Part shown: piece after piece, positions 54,977 through 64,000 of the stretch
Numbering within the stretch: the stretch's first letter is position 1
Layout of the letters: every line of letters starts with the position of its first letter
Assembly (NCBI GenBank): GCA_038215155.1
Contig: JBBQRF010000001.1
Coordinates: 54,042-118,041, forward strand
Direction: 5' to 3'
DNA: 64,000 nucleotides
DNA from: Minisyncoccia bacterium
Lineage (GTDB): Bacteria > Patescibacteriota > Minisyncoccia > Phycocordibacterales > CAJBRS01
Translations under genes and position numbers: made by a program
The notes under the pieces: model-generated
The model's input: the letters and a program-made list of their open reading frames with translations, nothing else
Databases searched by the model: none
What the model was told of the DNA's origin: nothing

Positions 54977-55922
54977 TGGCTATATGCTCTTTTAAAGTGG
55001 TGGCGTAATGCATATTGCCGCTTTTATCAGAGATAAAATAATAGAAAGGTGTATCCGTGGGATAGAGGGCAGCAGTAATGGTATCTAACCCTGGATTGGA
55101 AATGGGAGTAGGGGGGAGACCCCGGTGTCTGTAAGTATTATATGGAGAATTAATTTTCAAATCAGCCGCCGTTAATTCTGCTGAACTTTTACCATTAATG
55201 TATTTGAACGTGGCGTCCACTTGAAGTGGAGTGCCGTCCGTAATTCTCTTCCACAAAATACCAGCCACAATCTTCCTATCGGCACTAGTCTTCGCCTCCC
55301 CCTCCAGAATGGAGGCCATAGTAATAATCTCATCCACCGAATGGGTAGATGAGGCCACTGCACCACTCAAGGTATTGATCTTCTGGTCAAAAGTATTCCG
55401 CATCATGGAAATTACCTCCGCAGGAGGCACTGTGGGAATAAAAAAATAAGTCTCGGGAAATAAATATCCTTCCTTGTCTGTAGCAAGATTTAAAAACTCT
55501 TCCTTATCAAATAAATTAAATCTATTTTTGTAAATATTAGCCATCTCTTTCACACTCACCCCTTCCGGAAGAGTTACCTTTATAGTAACGATGCCATAAT
55601 CTCCCTGGTTAATTCGACGAGCAACTTCAAACAAGCTATTGGAGTGCTGAAAAAGATAGTAACCCGCCACAACCTTATGTTCGCCCCCCATGAAAATCAC
55701 AAGATTAGTAAGCCAAAATGGAGAGCTAATGATTCCATTATTATAGAGTTCCCGCGCTACAGACTGAACACTTTGACCGCTCTCCACTCTAATTGTTGAG
55801 TCGGGCTTAAAATTAGAAGGCGTCTGAAAAAATATCTTAAAAAAAAGGAAAAGTAAAACACAAATAAATAATACTCCGTACAATCCCAGACGTTCTAAGA
55901 TTTTCAATATTTTTTCCCTCAT
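54957..55922 (-). CDS. mltG: endolytic murein transglycosylase MltG (YceG family)
   Basis: 321 aa; N-terminal TM; C-terminal YceG signature (…PYNTYRHRGLPPTPISNPG…FYYFISD…). Confidence 0.85.
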   Translation of the reverse strand: MREKILKILERLGLYGVLFICVLLFLFFKIFFQTPSNFKPDSTIRVESGQSVQSVARELYNNGIISSPFWLTNLVIFMGGEHKVVAGYYLFQHSNSLFEVARRINQGDYGIVTIKVTLPEGVSVKEMANIYKNRFNLFDKEEFLNLATDKEGYLFPETYFFIPTVPPAEVISMMRNTFDQKINTLSGAVASSTHSVDEIITMASILEGEAKTSADRKIVAGILWKRITDGTPLQVDATFKYINGKSSAELTAADLKINSPYNTYRHRGLPPTPISNPGLDTITAALYPTDTPFYYFISDKSGNMHYATTLKEHIANVKKYL

Positions 55923-57151
55923 ATTGGAAGATTAGCCGGAGCGTCGGCTTTCTTAGCAGGCAATCGGTCAAAGCTAGGCGTGCCAGCCACTTCACCTGGG
56001 AAGTGAAAGATGGTGGCCAATTCTTCTGTTGTCATGATGAAGGGTTCGTGATGATCCATGAAAGGCGGCTCAAAAGCTCCGCGTTCTTTATAAGCGTCTA
56101 GCATGTGTTGCTCCATTCGATTTCGCCGCCTTCTCATAGTATTTTTAAATGGCGAAATCCAGCCAAAAAGTTTTACCATGTCTTTACCAAAATCATCATG
56201 GTCGGTAAACCATCCCAAGCTAATGCTGTTGAGATGGTCAGAGGAGTATTGTCTGAAACTGCCAATTAAGCCGCTAATGCCAAGATGATTATTGAAAATA
56301 TCCTCATGGGCAATATAGATACCGCGAATACAGCATTCAAATGGAAACTTAGCCAAATTTCTTTCCAAAACCATCATTACTTCTTGTTGGGCTTTGGTGG
56401 GGTTCGGGCGTCCTTTAGCTTCTTTGTCGGTGCTTTCAGTAGTTTCTTTTCTGATTTTCTGCACTTCGGCCTTCACTTCTTCTTTCCATTCTCGACTAGG
56501 ACCCTGGAGAACCCGGCCCTCTTTCCAACCTTCTTGTTTGTGAGCTTGAATAATTATTTGAATCCAGCCATATTCATTTTGGTGAAGAGATCCTAAATAT
56601 TCCAGGACAGAAGTAAATGGATCAATTTTAAATTCTTCTTTTGGATTTTCGTCCAAGCCGTAATCAATATAGGTTTTAATAGGATAGACATCCTCTTTCT
56701 TTTTCTTAAAATAGGTTCCCCACATCACCATCTCTTTACCGTGATCAATTATATGAGTGTAATCCTCCACCTCATGAACTTCTACGTTTGGATACTGGGC
56801 GTAAATTTGGGTCTCAATAATATTCTTCCAAGCAGAACGAGTGTAAATATAAAAATGAACCTTTCCTTCTAAAGAAACTAACTCTAAAGAAAACGAGGGG
56901 CGAACTTTGCCGTCAATATAAGTTTCCAAATAAGAGGCGGCTCCGGTTTGAAAAAGGGCAGTGAAGAAAATCTCCATGGCGGCGGGAGATTTAGTTATTT
57001 CTTTTGGTAATTTTAATTCTAAAAGAGTGTAGTTTTGTTTGGCCACAAATTTACTCCGAGTGTAACGGAGCCATAGACGCAAAAAAGCGTATCCCAGAAA
57101 AAGTGGAATACAGAAGACTAAAAGAACATAGACAGCATAAAAAACATTCAT
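55919..57151 (-). CDS. conserved hypothetical membrane-anchored protein
   Basis: 410 aa; N-terminal TM; charged Lys/Glu-rich central region; C-terminal ...TTEELATIFHFPG. Family not recognised. Confidence 0.5.
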   Translation of the reverse strand: MNVFYAVYVLLVFCIPLFLGYAFLRLWLRYTRSKFVAKQNYTLLELKLPKEITKSPAAMEIFFTALFQTGAASYLETYIDGKVRPSFSLELVSLEGKVHFYIYTRSAWKNIIETQIYAQYPNVEVHEVEDYTHIIDHGKEMVMWGTYFKKKKEDVYPIKTYIDYGLDENPKEEFKIDPFTSVLEYLGSLHQNEYGWIQIIIQAHKQEGWKEGRVLQGPSREWKEEVKAEVQKIRKETTESTDKEAKGRPNPTKAQQEVMMVLERNLAKFPFECCIRGIYIAHEDIFNNHLGISGLIGSFRQYSSDHLNSISLGWFTDHDDFGKDMVKLFGWISPFKNTMRRRRNRMEQHMLDAYKERGAFEPPFMDHHEPFIMTTEELATIFHFPGEVAGTPSFDRLPAKKADAPANLPI

Positions 57152-57177
57152 AACTATATTTTAACTGGAAAGAGGTA

Positions 57178-58206
57178 TTAGACCAAGTTGTATTTTCCCT
57201 CCTTGGTTTTCTTAAAGAATTTAGGATTCTGGAGATTGACCATAATGGTATTCTCCTTAACGTATCGCTCCTTCAAAACTTTCTCAATAATTTGCTCGCG
57301 AGTTAGTGGGCCGTTCTTTTCTAAAATCTTTTTAATGACGTCTTTTACTACACCGCTTAAGTACCCCCATTCTGATAGAGCATATAAACCACGGCCGACT
57401 AATACGAAACGTGGATCTTTAATCAATTCATTGTGAGTGGTAGCTACATGAGCTTTTTTGTGGAATAGATCAGTAACAATACGAGCTATTTCTTTAAAGT
57501 GAATTGGGGAGCCGTGTTTTCTCATGGCTAAAAAGGCATAATCACGGATGCCTTTAGTTTTAATGTTTGGAGATGATGCAATTCCCCATTCCTCTAGTGG
57601 ATTTTTTCCAATATTTTTAGAAATACCAAGCCAGCGTCTCAAAATTTCTTCATCCTTATAATGTTCTGAAACATCTTTGACGTGCTCTAAGAAAGAAGCA
57701 ATTAGTTCTGCTTCTGGAATGAGATCTTCATCAGAAAGATTTTTATAAAGCTTTCTCAAGGAGTCGTGGACTTTTTTGGAAAGATCTTCATCAACATACC
57801 AGCGATGCTTGAACTCATCATCCTCTTTGCGGCGCTTAAAAGCATCCCCCACTACCAACATGAAATTAACATGATTTTGAATTGAAGAATCTTTTGACAG
57901 GTTATTTAAAAAATCTTCTTCCGCTACAATGCCGCCCATCTGATGAAGAACGGATTCTAATTCTTCAAAGTCTGCTTTCTCCTCTTTAATGGCGTCCGAT
58001 TTGCGAATATTAATTAATCCAGAATTTTCAATTTGGCGCACCCTCTCTCGAGTAATACCGTAATGTTCGCCGATGGCTTCTAGGGTCATCTTTTCCGGAT
58101 CTTTTCCTAGGCCATAGCGTTTAATAAGCACCTCACGGGCACGTTCAGGCAAGCTCTGAAGCAGGCGTTTGGTGGTCTGTTTCGGCTTGAATTTAAGAAG
58201 ATTCAT
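57178..58206 (-). CDS. sigma-70 region-4-like HTH protein with two HARE-HTH-like C-terminal domains
   Basis: 342 aa; LPERAREVLIKRYGL...TLEAIGEHYGITRERVRQIE is a sigma-70 r4.2 motif; IHFKEIARIVTDL...DPRFVLVGRGLYALSEWGY and a second ...LTREQIIEKVL...FFKKTKEGKYNL match HARE-HTH. Confidence 0.5.
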   Translation of the reverse strand: MNLLKFKPKQTTKRLLQSLPERAREVLIKRYGLGKDPEKMTLEAIGEHYGITRERVRQIENSGLINIRKSDAIKEEKADFEELESVLHQMGGIVAEEDFLNNLSKDSSIQNHVNFMLVVGDAFKRRKEDDEFKHRWYVDEDLSKKVHDSLRKLYKNLSDEDLIPEAELIASFLEHVKDVSEHYKDEEILRRWLGISKNIGKNPLEEWGIASSPNIKTKGIRDYAFLAMRKHGSPIHFKEIARIVTDLFHKKAHVATTHNELIKDPRFVLVGRGLYALSEWGYLSGVVKDVIKKILEKNGPLTREQIIEKVLKERYVKENTIMVNLQNPKFFKKTKEGKYNLV

Positions 58207-58288
58207 ATGATTACATCATTTTTATCATAATATGGGTATAAGTCAAGGTGAGGGGCACTTGAATGGCTAAAAATGGCCATAAAGTAGC

Positions 58289-60649
58289 CTAAATTACAAT
58301 ATTTAATAATCTGCCCGGCACGTAGATTATTTTCTTAGGTTCCGTTTTTCCCAGCCATTTAGCCATTTCTGGCAGCCCTTTTGCCGCTAAAAAAACCGCC
58401 TCCTGCTCAGAATCGGCGCTCATTTTAACCAAACCGCGCATCTTGCCGTTTATCTGAATGACGATGTTTGACTCTTCCTCAGTAATTAATTGCGGATTAT
58501 GTGCAGGCCATTTTTCGGCAAAAATCGAGGTAGAATGTCCGCACTTTTCCCAAAGTTCTTCGGAGAGGTGTGGGCAAAACGGGGCAAGGATTATTAAAAA
58601 TCTTTCAAAATCCAATTGATTAATCTCGGAAACTTTATCAAATTGATTACCTAGAATCATTAAGGTTGAGACGGCAGTATTAAAATGCATTGATTCAATA
58701 TCCTCCCCTACTTTCTTAATAGTTTTTTCTAATAGGGATTTTGTTTCCTTATCGGTTGTTTTAGTATTAACTTTTTCAAATTGCTTCCATATTTTTTCCA
58801 CAAAACGACGCGGGCCGAGAATTCCGTCTGTACTCCACTTCACAGCCTGATCGAACGGCCCCATGAACATTTCATAAAGACGAAAAGTATCAGCGCCAAA
58901 AGTATTCACCACATCGTCTGGATTAATAACATTTCCGCGTGATTTAGACATCTTTTCACCATCCGGAGCCAAAATAAATCCGTGGGAAGTGCGTTTTTGA
59001 TACGGTTCATTGACTGGCGAGACGCCAATGTCGAATAAAAATTTATTCCAAAAGCGCGAGTAAAGCAGGTGCAAAGTCGTATGTTCCATTCCTCCGTTAT
59101 ACCAATCCACTGGCATCCACTTTTTTAATTTCTCCGGATCAGCTAGAGCGTTCGTATTTTCAGGATCAATGTAGCGCAGAAAATACCAGCTTGAGCCCGC
59201 CCAATTTGGCATGGTATCGGTTTCCCGCTTTGCTTCCCCTCCACATTTTGGACAAGTAATATTCACCCACTCGGAAATGACAGCGAGCGGAGATTCGCCA
59301 CTATCAGTAGGATGATAATTTTCTACCTCAGGAAGCTCGACAGGTAGATCTTTCTCAGGCACGGGCACCGTCCCGCATTTAGCGCAGTGAATTATGGGGA
59401 TCGGCTCTCCCCAATACCTTTGGCGGGAGAAAATCCAATCACGAAGTTTGTAGGTGGTTTTCATTTTACCCCCGACTAAATCTACTAATTCTTCCTTTAC
59501 TTCTTGGATTGAGTGCCCGGAAAAATTTTCAGAATTAATTAATTTGGATCCGTCTATTACTTCCTTGGTGGGCAATGTGTACTTTTTAGCAAATTGTCCA
59601 TCTCGCTCATCGTGAGCAGGCACGGCCATGATAGCGCCAGTGCCATAGTGCGGCAGGACGTAATCCGCCACAAAGACGGGGATGCGTTCCTTAGTGGCAG
59701 GATTGATAGCCTTAATTCCTTTTAATTCCACTCCTGTTTTTTCCTTACTAAGCGATGTTCGCTCAATTTCTGTGGTTGCTTTAGATTTTTGAAGATAGGA
59801 ATTTACCTTATCTTTATTTTCTATTGTTTCGCGTTTAAGAAACTCCTCAACAAAAAAGTGCTCCGGGGAAAGCACTAAATAGGTCGCCCCGTAAATAGTT
59901 TCGGGGCGACTAGTAAAAACAATGATGGACGCTTCTTCCCCCTCGATGTTAAATTTAATTTCTGCTCCTTCGCTGCGGCCAATCCAATTTTTCTGCTGTA
60001 ATTTAATCTGAGGGGAATAATCTACCGTATCTAAATCTTTATCAAGGCGCTCTGCGTATTTAGTTATAGCCAGAATCCACTGTTCTTTCTCTCTCTTTTC
60101 CACGGCTGTGCCGCATCTCTCGCATTTACCATTTATCACCTCTTCGTTGGCCAAGCCAGTCTTATCTTTCGGACACCAATTAATAATGGCCTTAGCCTTA
60201 TAACCCAGACCATGTTTATAAAGTTGCAAGAAGATCCATTGAGTCCATTTATAATATTTTGGATCTGTCGTATTAATTTCGCGAGACCAATCGAAAGAAG
60301 TGCCGAGAAGCTTAATCTGCCGGCGAAAATTATCAGTATTGTTTTTCGTCACTTCGGCAGGCGAAATGCCAGTCTTAATAGCGTAATTTTCCGTGGGTAA
60401 GCCGAAGGCGTCCCACCCTATAGGATAGAGGACGTTAAACCCTTCCAAACGCTTCTTTCGAGCAATGATATCCATGCCAATGTAAGGACGTGGATGACCG
60501 ACGTGAAGGCCATCTCCGGAAGGATACGGAAATTCAACTAAGGCGTAGAACTTTGGATTAGAGCTATTATCGTCTGTTTTATAGAGTTGTTTTTCTTCCC
60601 AAATTTTTTGCCATTTTTCTTCAAGCTTTTTGTGATCGTATTGATCCAT
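58289..60649 (-). CDS. leuS: leucyl-tRNA synthetase
   Basis: 786 aa; HVGHPRPY (HIGH) and KMSKS (GEKMSKSRGNV) motifs; CP1 editing insertion. Confidence 0.93.
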   Translation of the reverse strand: MDQYDHKKLEEKWQKIWEEKQLYKTDDNSSNPKFYALVEFPYPSGDGLHVGHPRPYIGMDIIARKKRLEGFNVLYPIGWDAFGLPTENYAIKTGISPAEVTKNNTDNFRRQIKLLGTSFDWSREINTTDPKYYKWTQWIFLQLYKHGLGYKAKAIINWCPKDKTGLANEEVINGKCERCGTAVEKREKEQWILAITKYAERLDKDLDTVDYSPQIKLQQKNWIGRSEGAEIKFNIEGEEASIIVFTSRPETIYGATYLVLSPEHFFVEEFLKRETIENKDKVNSYLQKSKATTEIERTSLSKEKTGVELKGIKAINPATKERIPVFVADYVLPHYGTGAIMAVPAHDERDGQFAKKYTLPTKEVIDGSKLINSENFSGHSIQEVKEELVDLVGGKMKTTYKLRDWIFSRQRYWGEPIPIIHCAKCGTVPVPEKDLPVELPEVENYHPTDSGESPLAVISEWVNITCPKCGGEAKRETDTMPNWAGSSWYFLRYIDPENTNALADPEKLKKWMPVDWYNGGMEHTTLHLLYSRFWNKFLFDIGVSPVNEPYQKRTSHGFILAPDGEKMSKSRGNVINPDDVVNTFGADTFRLYEMFMGPFDQAVKWSTDGILGPRRFVEKIWKQFEKVNTKTTDKETKSLLEKTIKKVGEDIESMHFNTAVSTLMILGNQFDKVSEINQLDFERFLIILAPFCPHLSEELWEKCGHSTSIFAEKWPAHNPQLITEEESNIVIQINGKMRGLVKMSADSEQEAVFLAAKGLPEMAKWLGKTEPKKIIYVPGRLLNIVI

Positions 60650-60654
60650 CCCCC

Positions 60655-61251
60655 TTATTCATTTTTAAACTTTTTCACCCCAACCCAAATTAACGCGGCC
60701 AGCGCTACCCCAAGAATTACTACTCTTAGCAAATTTTGAGCTTCACCCCAATATCGGACCGCAGCAATTACTAATGAAAGCACGCCACCTAATGACAATC
60801 CCATAGTAACTATGCCGGCCACTCTCCAGAATATAGCCACCAGTATCGAAATAATACCTAAACTGATTAAGATGGTGAAAACATTTCTCTCATATATTTT
60901 TCTAGTATCCTCAAATTTATTACGGCAAGAATAATCGGGATCACAATAGCCAGTAACGGTTGGATTCGCTAATTTAGCGGGAGAAACTGCGGGAGCAGTA
61001 GGAGCGTTGGGAATTTGCTGAGGATAGACGTTTTCCGTCCACTGACCTCCAACATTTATACACTGATCTCGAGTGGCGGGTTGGATATTAACTTGTCGAG
61101 TCGGGCAAAAATTTTGATAGTTAGGCGCCTTGTAAAAAAGTGATAGCGAATAATTAAAAAATAAATTTAATAATATAACTATGCCGATGATAATTGACCA
61201 TTTCAGAACGCGAGAAGGTTTTTGTGATTCCATATACTCAAATTCTGCCAC
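60655..61251 (-). CDS. hypothetical membrane protein
   Basis: 198 aa; N-terminal TM, C-terminal 2-3 TM; Pro/Gln-rich middle with Cys pairs. Confidence 0.5.
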   Translation of the reverse strand: MAEFEYMESQKPSRVLKWSIIIGIVILLNLFFNYSLSLFYKAPNYQNFCPTRQVNIQPATRDQCINVGGQWTENVYPQQIPNAPTAPAVSPAKLANPTVTGYCDPDYSCRNKFEDTRKIYERNVFTILISLGIISILVAIFWRVAGIVTMGLSLGGVLSLVIAAVRYWGEAQNLLRVVILGVALAALIWVGVKKFKNE

Positions 61252-61257
61252 AGAATA

Positions 61258-61296
61258 GTGAAAATAAAAAGCCCTCGAATTTCTAAGAGGGCTTGA
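61258..61296 (-). terminator. rho-independent terminator after ychF
   Basis: aagccctc-(11 nt)-gagggctt stem; on the minus strand it is followed by tttttatttt. Confidence 0.55.
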
Positions 61297-61466
61297 GAAT
61301 GTGAAGGACGAAGCAGATGATAAGACCTGAAACAGGACAGGTCATGGTTAAAAGAACTGGAAGAGAAAAAATTTTTCCCTTCCAAGGCATTTCAGACGAT
61401 AGTAAGGTCGGTTCAATCATGTACAGTTCTAGACTATTTTGAAATTAATACAAGTGTGTTAATTTG

Positions 61467-62573
61467 TCAAATTTTAAACTCAATGACATCCCCATCCTGG
61501 ACGATGTAATCTTTGCCTTCTGTGCGAAGAAGGCCTTTCTCCCGTGCGGCGCCGAAGGAGCCGCACGTCAACAAATCTTGCCAATTAATCACTTCCGCTC
61601 GAATAAACTTCTCGCGGAAGTCGCCGTGGATGGCCGCGCCCGCTTCTGGCGCGGCCGATCCACTCTTAATAGTCCATGCCCGCGTCTCATCTTCTCCGGT
61701 TGTAAAATATGTCATCAATCCTAAGGTCTCATAACTTTTTTGTATAAGACCTTGAATACCGTCATCTCCCCCATTGAGCTCTTTACGAAAAGTGGCCTTC
61801 TCTTCTCCTTCAAAATCCTTTAAATCATCTTCAATTTTAGCGTCGATAATAACGTAGTCTGCTTTTTCCACCTTAAAAAATTCTAATAACTTATTGTATC
61901 GCTCGTCCTTCTCTTCATCTAAATTCCTTCCCCCGGCCTTCTTATTCAAACCGTAGAGGATTTTTTTCATTGTTAAAAGGTTCAGAAGTTTTACCGGTGC
62001 CAATTCCTCGTCGCTTAAATCTGCCTTTCGAGCCAAATCTCCTTTTTCCAAAATCTCTAAAACTTTTAAAATGGCCTGATATTCGGCGATTATTTTTTTA
62101 TCTCCTTTTTTTGCCTCTTTCTCAAGATTTCCGGCCCGCTTCTTGACGGTTTCTGTATCGACTAAAATCAACTCTAAATTTATTACCTCAATATCTCCAA
62201 GTGGATCAATATTGTTATTAACATGGATAATATTTTGATCTTCAAAAATACGCACCACTTCCAAGATAGCGTCTACTTCTCTAATATGGCTTAAGAATTT
62301 ATTTCCCAGACCTTCCCCTTTAGAGGCGCCCTTTACGAGTCCGGCAATATCCACAAATTCCACAACTGCGGGAATGGTTTTTTTGGATTTAGAGAATTCG
62401 CTTAGATTCCACAACCGCTTATCGGGCACCGCCACCACACCCACAGAGGGATCGATAGTAGCGAATGGATAATTAGCAGCCAAAACACTTTGGCGCGTTA
62501 GCGCATTGAAAAGAGTAGATTTACCAACATTTGGAAGGCCCACTATTCCGATTGTAAGTTTTGTAATGGACAT
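61467..62573 (-). CDS. ychF: ribosome-binding ATPase YchF (Obg-family GTPase)
   Basis: 368 aa; GIVGLPNVGKSTLFNALT G1; C-terminal TGS domain. Confidence 0.92.
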   Translation of the reverse strand: MSITKLTIGIVGLPNVGKSTLFNALTRQSVLAANYPFATIDPSVGVVAVPDKRLWNLSEFSKSKKTIPAVVEFVDIAGLVKGASKGEGLGNKFLSHIREVDAILEVVRIFEDQNIIHVNNNIDPLGDIEVINLELILVDTETVKKRAGNLEKEAKKGDKKIIAEYQAILKVLEILEKGDLARKADLSDEELAPVKLLNLLTMKKILYGLNKKAGGRNLDEEKDERYNKLLEFFKVEKADYVIIDAKIEDDLKDFEGEEKATFRKELNGGDDGIQGLIQKSYETLGLMTYFTTGEDETRAWTIKSGSAAPEAGAAIHGDFREKFIRAEVINWQDLLTCGSFGAAREKGLLRTEGKDYIVQDGDVIEFKI

Positions 62574-62600
62574 AGATGATAATGTTTTTGTAAGGAATTA

Positions 62601-63443
62601 TTAAGCTTTGATAAATAGATAATTAGACTCAATCTCCTGTTGGAGAATAAAATGATTGGTGGCAAGTAATTGCTTTACTTCCTTATCTTTTCTATCACTT
62701 ATTTCTAGCATTATACAACAACCTTTTTGCATCATTTCTAAGATCTCCGTCATCCCTGAGAGCGCTTCGTATTCAAATCCTTCTACATCAATTTTAACAA
62801 AACTGATTTTATTAGGAGATATACCGCATTCTCTTATAATGTGATCTCCTGTATTCATGTGAACGACATTTTTCATATCCCACCCTGGATTATTGCTATC
62901 TATTCCAACAATCCTCCCACCACCCAAATGATTAGAATTTGTCTCAAATTCTACGTCTCGCTCTGCGTCCCCTACCGCTAATTGTTTAAGAATGGCTGAG
63001 TTACCAATATTGTTTAGATTAATATTCTCTTTAAGCAACGCGTAGGTGTATGGATTTGCCTCCACGGATATAGATTTTTGATAGCCTTTTGCGTGGGCTA
63101 ATATCGTATATCTTCCGATATTTGCGCCCAAATCAAGAAAAGTCTCCTTATTTTTAGAAATCTCAAGCCAGGGTATTAAACGACCTTCAAAATACTCGGA
63201 AGAAATTGTTATGGAGTCATTAAAAGGTTTAACCACAAAAATTCCTATTTTATTTTTTATGATAAATTTATTTTCAGGAAAAGGAGAAAATAAATATTTT
63301 ATAGCCTTCCCCAGCCAGGGCAATTTTCTTAGAAAAATATGACTAATATATGAAGCGGAAAATAAAAAATAGAAAAGCAGTCTTGAACCTTTAATAATTT
63401 CCGTATGAAAAATTATATTATAAACTTCTTCTAATTTTTTCAT
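62601..63443 (-). CDS. FkbM-family methyltransferase
   Basis: 280 aa; N-terminal hydrophobic segment; FLDLGANIGRYTILAH matches the FkbM-family SAM motif. Confidence 0.65.
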   Translation of the reverse strand: MKKLEEVYNIIFHTEIIKGSRLLFYFLFSASYISHIFLRKLPWLGKAIKYLFSPFPENKFIIKNKIGIFVVKPFNDSITISSEYFEGRLIPWLEISKNKETFLDLGANIGRYTILAHAKGYQKSISVEANPYTYALLKENINLNNIGNSAILKQLAVGDAERDVEFETNSNHLGGGRIVGIDSNNPGWDMKNVVHMNTGDHIIRECGISPNKISFVKIDVEGFEYEALSGMTEILEMMQKGCCIMLEISDRKDKEVKQLLATNHFILQQEIESNYLFIKA

Positions 63444-63471
63444 ATATGGAAATGTTTTCGCTCAGGCCGCT

Positions 63472-63978
63472 TCAAAGCGATGGATTGGGATTGAGAGACC
63501 GAAAAGTCAGTGGTCGGAAAATAATGCCGACTGGAGATTGAAATTTGGTTTGTTCCGGAGTCCAAGTAGAACATTGCGCAAGGATCTTCTGATCCAGATT
63601 AAGGGGAGCATCCGGTGCTTGATGTGCATTTTGAAATTCCATTTTCGAGACAACTACTCCATCAGTTCCCGTCCAAAGATAGACTTTGTCGGAAGTACCA
63701 ATAATATGAGTTTCGTAAGAATTATTCTGGGTGGTCACTTTTATATCCCCTCTCATTTGTCCATCACCAAAATAGAAATTGCCTTTTACTTCTGCGGTGG
63801 CACTCTTAAATGTGCACTTTGAATTTTTATTTTCCAAAAGCTTTCGCAGGGAAGTAGTGGTGGATGTTGAATTTTTTACCACGGAATGAGGATGGTTTAA
63901 AGAATAAATAACTCCCCAGATTAAAAGAATTAGTAAAACGATTATCGCTCCTATCGCAACATAAGAAGAATTTTTCAT
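63472..63978 (-). CDS. hypothetical exported/membrane-anchored protein
   Basis: 168 aa; N-terminal TM/signal anchor (VAIGAIIVLLILLIWGVIY). No motif. Confidence 0.45.
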   Translation of the reverse strand: MKNSSYVAIGAIIVLLILLIWGVIYSLNHPHSVVKNSTSTTTSLRKLLENKNSKCTFKSATAEVKGNFYFGDGQMRGDIKVTTQNNSYETHIIGTSDKVYLWTGTDGVVVSKMEFQNAHQAPDAPLNLDQKILAQCSTWTPEQTKFQSPVGIIFRPLTFRSLNPNPSL

Positions 63979-64000
63979 TTAGCTTTTTTGCCCAGCCGAT

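Noticed and set aside
1-64000. CRISPR arrays, tRNA/rRNA genes, transposases/integrases
   Set aside because: No direct-repeat/spacer periodicity, no cloverleaf-compatible intergenic segments, and no transposase- or integrase-like ORFs were seen. The intergenic gaps are short and mostly occupied by terminators and promoters.

Overview
This window is a low-GC, gene-dense stretch with nearly all genes on the minus strand and tight or overlapping gene junctions, resembling a streamlined Patescibacteria/CPR-like or Firmicutes-like bacterium. Most of it is housekeeping, with an accessory segment at about 24-35 kb that is the most interesting part.

- **Housekeeping content:**
  - cell-wall genes (murG-ftsW-mraY, a D-Ala-D-Ala carboxypeptidase, MltG, an M23 peptidase);
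  - the chaperone locus grpE-dnaK-dnaJ;
  - the ribosomal alpha operon (infA-rpmJ-rpsM-rpsK-rpsD-rpoA-rplQ) followed by rplM-rpsI;
  - many aminoacyl-tRNA synthetases (GltX, AspS, TrpS, AlaS, LeuS);
  - ScpA/ScpB, RarA, LexA, MnmA, YchF, UDG and PIMT.
- **Peptide-modification-like locus (25.8-35.0 kb):** this is the main candidate for a novel system. Most of its genes sit on one strand.
  - Enzyme run: an E1-like adenylyltransferase, a Leu/Phe-type amino-acid dehydrogenase, a PaaK-like adenylate-forming enzyme, a two-domain nitroreductase-family flavoprotein and a polytopic orphan histidine kinase.
  - Flanking genes: a SAM methyltransferase, and a monocistronic 171-aa protein whose C-terminal tail has Cys at every third residue (CxxCxxCxxCxxC).
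  - Other strand: an M16 (HxxEH) peptidase, a 38-aa Cys/Asp/Ser-rich peptide gene with a strong Shine-Dalgarno site, and no YcaO.
- **ATP-grasp locus (24.6-25.7 kb):** an ATP-grasp-like (graspetide-maturase-like) gene sits behind a hairpin and a 39-aa basic peptide ORF.
- **Other notable elements:**
  - a Cheo-type LexA box overlapping a -10 element for a leaderless small-ORF-lexA operon;
  - a perfect 17-bp inverted repeat between grpE and dnaK;
  - a Cas4-like nuclease paired with an ATP-cone/Mrr-like nuclease;
  - an unannotated rpmJ.

No rRNA, tRNA, CRISPR array or transposase was detected by eye.
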